Of a stretch of 32,000 nt of DNA, positions 27,183-32,000 are shown piece after piece (within the stretch, counting starts at the first letter, position 1; each line of letters opens with the position of its first letter). The position numbers and the translations under genes were made by a program. Below the pieces are notes generated by a model. It was not told the origin of the DNA and did no database searches. It saw only the letters and a list, made by a program, of their open reading frames with translations. The DNA is taken from contig NC_020304.1 of assembly GCF_000341395.1 (NCBI RefSeq), forward strand, positions 2,250,001-2,282,000, in the 5' to 3' direction. This DNA is from Desulfocapsa sulfexigens DSM 10523. Its GTDB lineage: Bacteria > Desulfobacterota > Desulfobulbia > Desulfobulbales > Desulfocapsaceae.

Positions 27183-28424
27183 TTACATGTTAAATCCAGA
27201 CAGGTCTGGCATTTCCATATGTTCCAGCTCTGTTAATATGGCGGCAATCGTTTTGGCTGCCATGATAAGGTCTTCTTTTTTGTGACTGGCAGTGATTGAG
27301 GCCCGGAGTATTGCTTTACCTGCAGGAACGACGGGAGGAAAAACAGCATGAATGTAAAGTCCATGTTCGTGGCAGATCTTTGCTGCTACAGCAGCCTTCA
27401 TAGGATTACCAACAAAGATGGGAACAATAGAAGTGACCGATTTACCCGCAGGGATGTTTAAAGAATGCAGCGTCTCTTTGAAAATTTTGGTGTTGCTGTT
27501 AAGTCTGTTTACCAGCTTCTGGCGCTCAGTTTCAAATATTTCCAATCCTTTAAGAGCAGTGGCGGCCATGGTCGTTGAGAGTGCAATGGAGTAAATGAAG
27601 CCCCGGGATTCATGGCGCAGATAATTAATCATTTTAGCAGAAGAGACAACATACCCACCTGCGGCAGGAATGGATTTTGAGAGGGTCGCCATGGTGATAT
27701 CGATGTCATCCGGATTGATATTGTAATACTCGCAAATACCACCGCCTGTTTTCCCTAAAACAAACATGGAATGACATTCGTCAACCATAAGATATGCGTT
27801 ATATCTTTTGCAAAGTGCTATGATCTGGGGGAGGTCAGCTGGCTCACCAGACATGCTGAAAATGGCATCAATAATAACAAGTTTTCTTGATGAGTCGGGT
27901 ATGCCGGCCAGTATCTTCTGAAGTCGAGAAAGGTCATGGTGGGGATAGCGCATCAATTTGGCGCTGGAATATCTCCCGCCATCGATCATTGATGCGTGAT
28001 TCATCTTGTCGCAAATAATGTAATCATTTTTGCGCAGGAGACAGGCAATTGTCGAAACATTTGCCAGGTATCCGCTGGTGTAAACAATAGCTCCTTCTTT
28101 TTGGTGCAGTGCAGCAATCTTTGATTCAAGGCGAGAATGAATCTTTGTGCTCCCTGCCAAAAATCGCGAACCACTCATTCCTGTTCCAAATTTCTGGATG
28201 GTGTCTATTGCTGCCTGGTTGATCTGTTGGTGTTTGTTGAGGCCAAGGTAGGAATATCCTCCCAACATTAGCATCTTGTTGTTGTCGGATAGAACCCAGT
28301 CATTTTCAAGCTCTTCACTGATTTCTTTAAACCATGTATAGACGCCGGCAGCTTTTCCCCCTTCTACATCCCAGACTGTTTTGGGTGGGAAGGCTAGAGG
28401 GGAAGTGTTTCTTTTTTGATTCAT
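27183..28424 (-). CDS. PLP-dependent alpha-oxoamine synthase family enzyme (BioF/Kbl/serine palmitoyltransferase/CqsA family)
   Basis: Motifs GGYSYLGL, TSGYLAN, MVDECHS and the PLP-lysine context TMATLSKSIPAAGGY. At 413 aa the length is typical for the family. Confidence 0.85.
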   Translation of the reverse strand: MNQKRNTSPLAFPPKTVWDVEGGKAAGVYTWFKEISEELENDWVLSDNNKMLMLGGYSYLGLNKHQQINQAAIDTIQKFGTGMSGSRFLAGSTKIHSRLESKIAALHQKEGAIVYTSGYLANVSTIACLLRKNDYIICDKMNHASMIDGGRYSSAKLMRYPHHDLSRLQKILAGIPDSSRKLVIIDAIFSMSGEPADLPQIIALCKRYNAYLMVDECHSMFVLGKTGGGICEYYNINPDDIDITMATLSKSIPAAGGYVVSSAKMINYLRHESRGFIYSIALSTTMAATALKGLEIFETERQKLVNRLNSNTKIFKETLHSLNIPAGKSVTSIVPIFVGNPMKAAVAAKICHEHGLYIHAVFPPVVPAGKAILRASITASHKKEDLIMAAKTIAAILTELEHMEMPDLSGFNM

Positions 28425-28778
28425 TAAGTCAATATGTTGAGTTGTTGTGATAGGTTGAATACTGCTCTGTAGAAGACTGGAATAGATTCATTTGGGAAAA
28501 TTCTAACATGAAATCAAAAAAATCCTTAACTATTTTTTATAACAGAAGGGTATGAAGGGGTTTTGATTGGATACATTAATGCTGTGACATGGGTATATTA
28601 AAAGCTGTTAAAGCAGGAATGCCTAATTTTCGACTGACCTCATACAACGAGGATTGTATTGCTTTTTGGTCGAAATTGGAATACGAACACGACAATGATT
28701 TCTCTCTATTTAGTTTGAAACAGGTTGGAAGGGTTTGGAAAAAGAGAGTAATTGCTATGGACTGTGAAAGTGTAGGCC

Positions 28779-28820
28779 AAAAAAAAGGTCTTTATAAGTA
28801 TTGCCTACTTATAAAGACCT
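28779..28820 (-). terminator. Rho-independent terminator downstream of tRNA-Leu (potentially bidirectional)
   Basis: The minus strand reads AGGTCTTTATAAGTA-GGCAA-TACTTATAAAGACC followed by T8. That is a perfect 14-15 bp stem with a 5-nt loop, starting 8 nt after the tRNA CCA end. Confidence 0.75.
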
Positions 28821-28827
28821 TTAAATT

Positions 28828-28914
28828 TGGTGCCGAAGAGAAGACTCGAACTTCCACGAGAATACTCCCACTAGACCCTGAACCTAGCGCGTCTACCAAT
28901 TCCGCCACTTCGGC
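28828..28914 (-). tRNA. tRNA-Leu (anticodon CAG), type II with a long variable arm and an encoded CCA
   Basis: The reverse complement is GCCGAAGTGGCGGAATTGGTAGACGCGCTAGGTTCAGGGTCTAGTGGGAGTATTCTCGTGGAAGTTCGAGTCTTCTCTTCGGCACCA. The 7-bp acceptor stem is GCCGAAG/CTTCGGC, the anticodon stem is CTAGG/TCTAG with loop TTCAGGG, and a TTCGAGT T-loop is present. It is close to E. coli tRNA-Leu(CAG) as I recall it. Confidence 0.92.
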
Positions 28915-28924
28915 AACGCTGGTA

Positions 28925-28953
28925 AATATGCTTGTCCTGAAGGGATTTGTCAA
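28925..28953 (-). promoter_or_regulatory. Candidate sigma70 promoter for tRNA-Leu
   Basis: The minus strand carries TTGACA (28953-28948) - 17 nt - CATATT (28930-28925), about 10 nt upstream of the mature tRNA 5' end. Confidence 0.45.
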
Positions 28954-29015
28954 GACTTTCTTCATGGTGGTGTCAAAAAAGAACAGGTTTGATAATTGAA
29001 CAATACAATGGCGAA

Positions 29016-29987
29016 ATGAAGATATATAGAGAACTGAGTCAAATCAAAGAATCCTTTCCTCATGCATGTGTGACTATCGGTAACTTTGATGGTGTTCACC
29101 TGGGCCATCAACTTCTTTTTGGTGAAGTTGTCCAGAGGGCGTATCGCTGTAATGGGACAAGTGTGGCGGTGACATTCGACCCACATCCACTACAGGTCCT
29201 ACGCCCTCAGGGAATAAAGCTGATTTCCACCTGTGAGCAGAAGACGGAGCTTATAGAACATGCGGGGATTGACGTCCTCGTTATCATACCGTTTTCCATG
29301 CAATTTGCAGCTATTACAGCCCATCATTTCGTCGATGACATCCTCAGAAAAATCATTGGCGTAAAAGAGCTCGTTGTTGGATATGATTATGCTTTCGGGA
29401 AAGGCCGGGTAGGTAATATTGAATTTCTGAAAGAACAGGGCGCTGCAAAAGGATTTTCTGTGACCGTGGTGGATGCTCATTATGAACAGGATTTTCTGGT
29501 GAGTTCCACAAAGGTTCGGGAATTGGTGGCCGATGGTAGAATGGCGGACGCCAGGACACTCCTTGGAAGGTATTATCAGATCAGGGGGGAAGTCCAGCTG
29601 GGTCAGCAGCGTGGTGGAAAAGAAATAGGGTTTCCGACAGCAAATCTGAACATGGAAAAAGAGGATCTCATTCCTAAAATGGGTGTTTACGTCTGTCAGG
29701 TTATCTGTGGTGGAAGGTGTTATGGCGGTGTATTGAATATCGGAGTGAATCCTACTTTTGGGGAAAATCGTCTTGTTGCAGAAACGCATATATTTGATTT
29801 TAATCAGGATATTTATGGGAAGCCGATTAAAGTCAACCTGCTGCGTTTTTTGCGCAATGAAAAGAAATTTTCAGGGATAGAAGAGCTTTCAACTCAGATT
29901 GCAAAGGATGTGGTTCAGGCAAAAGCTATATTAGCGGAGCAGCAAAAAGAACTGACTCTCTCCTGTGAGGAGCGTTTCAACAGGTAG
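29016..29987 (+). CDS. ribF: Bifunctional riboflavin kinase / FMN adenylyltransferase
   Basis: Motifs IGNFDGVHLGHQ (FAD synthetase), GFPTANL (riboflavin kinase) and ETHIFDFNQDIYGK. I chose the internal ATG at 29016 (MKIYREL...), which puts ~22 aa before GNFDGVH as in known RibF proteins. The track's start at 28947 would run into the tRNA promoter region. Confidence 0.9.
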   Translation: MKIYRELSQIKESFPHACVTIGNFDGVHLGHQLLFGEVVQRAYRCNGTSVAVTFDPHPLQVLRPQGIKLISTCEQKTELIEHAGIDVLVIIPFSMQFAAITAHHFVDDILRKIIGVKELVVGYDYAFGKGRVGNIEFLKEQGAAKGFSVTVVDAHYEQDFLVSSTKVRELVADGRMADARTLLGRYYQIRGEVQLGQQRGGKEIGFPTANLNMEKEDLIPKMGVYVCQVICGGRCYGGVLNIGVNPTFGENRLVAETHIFDFNQDIYGKPIKVNLLRFLRNEKKFSGIEELSTQIAKDVVQAKAILAEQQKELTLSCEERFNR

Positions 29988-30164
29988 CATGAATGCCTCA
30001 GCTGTGGTCTGGCATTTTCTTCTTGCAAGTCAGCGGATGGTGTCTATAGTGTAGTCGATTTGGCTTTAAGAAGAACAAACAAGTCTTATATTTCCGGTAC
30101 GGTTCGCGCAACAATTTTACCTTAAAATGTAATGCTTTAAAACATACTGATTTAGAGGAATGTC

Positions 30165-30812
30165 ATGTCAGAAGAGAATGCTATTGAGAATTTGACTGAA
30201 GATCTACCAACAGTCATCGCAGAGTTGGAAAAAAAATGTAAACAGAATCCAGACAATGTTGTTACTTTGCATCACCTTGGGCTTGTTTATTTGAAATCCG
30301 GGAGGATCGACGAGGCTATAGAGTGTCTTGAAAAGTGTCTTGTGATTGATGAACAGGCTAATCAGCCTATGATTAATCTGGGAGCTATTTATTTCGGTCA
30401 GGGAAATCTGGATAAGGCTCAGGAGCTAAATGAAATGGCAATCAAGGTTCAGCCTGACACTTCAGCACAGGCCCACGCAAATCTTGGATTGATCTGGCAA
30501 CAGCGCAATGAGCTTGATAAGTCAATTGCCTCCTACGAGAAGGCCATTCAGTACGATCCCAAACTTGCAACCGTGTGGATGAATCTTACATCCGTGCTCA
30601 CCATGAAAGGTGAAGACGATCGTGCGTTAAAGGCAGCCACTAAGGCAACCCAACTTGAGCCCGATTCAGCTCTTGCGCAGAATAATCTTGCTGTCGCTCT
30701 CTTTTTCAGTGGTGATTATCCCAAAGCAAAGGTCCACATGGAAAAAGCCATAGAATTAGGGTATTCCGTTGATCCCAATTTTATTGCAGGCTTGGAAGAG
30801 AAGTTAGCATAG
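30165..30812 (+). CDS. Tetratricopeptide-repeat protein (~5 TPRs)
   Basis: The 34-aa pattern recurs (HHLGLVYLKSGRIDEAIECLEKCLVID, NLGAIYFGQGNLDKAQELNEMAIKVQP, NLGLIWQQRNELDKSIASYEKAIQYDP, ...). An AGAGGAA ribosome-binding site lies 6 nt upstream of the ATG. Confidence 0.85.
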   Translation: MSEENAIENLTEDLPTVIAELEKKCKQNPDNVVTLHHLGLVYLKSGRIDEAIECLEKCLVIDEQANQPMINLGAIYFGQGNLDKAQELNEMAIKVQPDTSAQAHANLGLIWQQRNELDKSIASYEKAIQYDPKLATVWMNLTSVLTMKGEDDRALKAATKATQLEPDSALAQNNLAVALFFSGDYPKAKVHMEKAIELGYSVDPNFIAGLEEKLA

Positions 30813-30816
30813 TATT

Positions 30817-31965
30817 ATGAAGAAACAAAAACTTACCACCGCCCCCTGGTGTCCGTTTTGTGGCCAGAAAGTTGGTCGGGCAACCGATGCCATTGAGCGG
30901 AAGATGCAGGAATTCCAGGTTGGTCGCTGTCAGTGTGGTGCTGTGTATACCTGTGACCCCACTGGTCACAATGTGGGCTCGGCAATGGTGGAGGCTCTTG
31001 TTTTTGCCTGCAATGATAACTGGGATTTCGCATGGGATCTGATGCCCGAGGATGATTATCTGACTGGGCGGGTAGAGGATTATGATGAGACCACCCATCA
31101 GGTAGTTAATACTCGAAACATTGATGGTCGTCCTGTTCGTGGCGTTCTTTATTTTGTCCGTCTCCATACTGAGATTGCTGAGATTGCCAAGCGGGTGAAA
31201 GAGAAGAAAGAGGCCTTGGCGCGAGAGACCATTACTCCGATACTGTCCGATGCTGTTGAAGCAATCCCGACTCCAGAACCACAGCTTGATCCGAAAAGAG
31301 TAAAACTCAAGTCTACGAAGAAAGGGGTTAAAGAGGCGAGAGACAGAGGAGATATCGATACTCTGGTCATGCTCTGTTTTGATAACAGGAAGACTCTTCG
31401 TCTTCTGCAGCGTCTTTTGTACGATGTCGACGAGGCCCGGCGTTGGGAAACGGCCTGGGTTATTGGTCAGGTCTGTTCCCGTGTTGCTACAAAAATGCCA
31501 GGCCAGGTGTCTGAGCTCGTTCACCGTCTCTTTGAAGCCTGTTCCGATTCGGCGGCGGCCCCCTGGGGAATGATTGAGGCTCTGGGCGAAGTTATTTCTG
31601 GCCGGCCAGATGTTTTTGGTGCTTTTACAAGGCATCTGCTGAACTATATGGGTGATGATTCCACTCAGGTTCAGGTCGTGTGGGCGCTTTCGAAAATTGC
31701 CGCTAAAAGGCCTGATCTTATTCGTGAGACGCCTTTTTTCAACCTGTTTCATTTTTTACAACATCCCAACCCTCAAATGCGCGGGCTTGTAGTGCAACTG
31801 CTGGGTCGGATAAGGGCAAAAGAAGTAAGCCTGCAGCTTATGGAGCTCAGTGATGATCAGGAAAAACTTGTTATATGGGAAAATAGAAAACCAGTAGAAT
31901 ATACAATTGCTGAACTGGTAACTGTTGCATTGAAACAGATCAGTGAAGGAGATATTAAAAAATGA
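30817..31965 (+). CDS. Uncharacterised protein: N-terminal Cys4 zinc-ribbon-like motif plus C-terminal HEAT/PBS-lyase-like repeats
   Basis: The N-terminus has CPFCGQK...(23 aa)...CQCG. The C-terminal ~190 aa show repeated helical hairpins of the W..A..LG type (RRWETAWVIGQV, PWGMIEALGEVI, VQVVWALSKIAA, MRGLVVQLLGRI). It starts 4 nt after the TPR gene's stop. I vaguely recall a 'DVU0298 family' label for similar Desulfovibrio-type proteins but cannot verify it. Confidence 0.7.
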   Translation: MKKQKLTTAPWCPFCGQKVGRATDAIERKMQEFQVGRCQCGAVYTCDPTGHNVGSAMVEALVFACNDNWDFAWDLMPEDDYLTGRVEDYDETTHQVVNTRNIDGRPVRGVLYFVRLHTEIAEIAKRVKEKKEALARETITPILSDAVEAIPTPEPQLDPKRVKLKSTKKGVKEARDRGDIDTLVMLCFDNRKTLRLLQRLLYDVDEARRWETAWVIGQVCSRVATKMPGQVSELVHRLFEACSDSAAAPWGMIEALGEVISGRPDVFGAFTRHLLNYMGDDSTQVQVVWALSKIAAKRPDLIRETPFFNLFHFLQHPNPQMRGLVVQLLGRIRAKEVSLQLMELSDDQEKLVIWENRKPVEYTIAELVTVALKQISEGDIKK

Positions 31966-32000
31966 TTAGTAACATACAGTCCATGGCTGACATAAAGAAG
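31962..32000 (+). CDS. Start of a further ORF (MISNIQSMADIKK...), truncated by the window end
   Basis: Its ATG overlaps the preceding stop (ATGA at 31962-31965), the same coupling seen elsewhere in the window. Only 13 codons are visible. Confidence 0.3.
   Translation, partial: MISNIQSMADIKK

Noticed and set aside
28589-28999. 136-aa ORF in the track on the plus strand
   Set aside because: It reads straight through the antisense of tRNA-Leu and its terminator. The segment ...EEKTRTSTRILPLDPEPSASTNSATSAT... is simply the tRNA translated. There is no ribosome-binding site and the ORF has no coherent domain, so it is not a gene.
28947-29015. Upstream start for ribF given by the ORF track (MSRLSSWWCQKRTGLIIEQYNGE...)
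   Set aside because: The extension overlaps the candidate tRNA-Leu promoter and adds 23 residues not found at RibF N-termini. The ATG at 29016 gives the canonical spacing to the GNFDGVH motif.
29992-30023. Possible terminator after ribF (AATGCC - 13 nt - GGCATT followed by TTTCTTCTT)
   Set aside because: The stem is only 6 bp, the loop is large, and the T tract is interrupted. This is too weak to call.
30781-31752. 323-aa ORF on the minus strand
   Set aside because: It lies entirely antisense to the 30817-31965 gene, which has clear zinc-ribbon and HEAT-repeat periodicity. The antisense product is rich in Arg, Pro, Gly and Ser and of low complexity, as expected for the shadow frame of a GC-richer gene.

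Overview
Nt 1-28424 form one large, AT-rich (roughly 40% GC by eye) cell-surface glycan or glycolipid assembly island. The last 3.5 kb hold a tRNA-Leu(CAG) gene and then visibly GC-richer housekeeping-type genes: ribF, a TPR protein and a zinc-ribbon/HEAT-repeat protein. The island encodes a Wzt-type ABC-exporter ATPase with a C-terminal glycan-binding-type extension, eight stand-alone GT2/GT4 glycosyltransferases, three GT-C-like polytopic membrane proteins and an O-antigen-ligase/Wzy_C-like protein. It also encodes four radical SAM enzymes (three B12-binding class B, one SPASM type) and an alpha-oxoamine synthase (BioF/Kbl/Spt family). A 1387-aa fusion protein runs FkbM methyltransferase, coiled coil written in 42-bp tandem repeats, G11 homopolymer, seven 38-aa repeats, GT2 domain, WbsX-like domain. 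I found no rRNA, CRISPR array, intact mobile element or recognisable defence or toxin-antitoxin system. The only mobile-element trace is a short IS200-like tnpA remnant. Three things look most unusual. (1) The fusion protein looks like a terminator / molecular-ruler / polymerase enzyme, and both its repeats and its G11 tract could vary in length. (2) A 7-gene operon has two B12-radical-SAM genes almost abutting small Dpm1/GtrB-like GT2 genes, next to a GT-C transferase. (3) An alpha-oxoamine synthase forms an operon with a B12-radical-SAM gene outside any canonical biotin, threonine or sphingolipid context. All family calls rest on motif recognition by eye from the translations. No database search or computation was run, and the functional interpretations are hypotheses.
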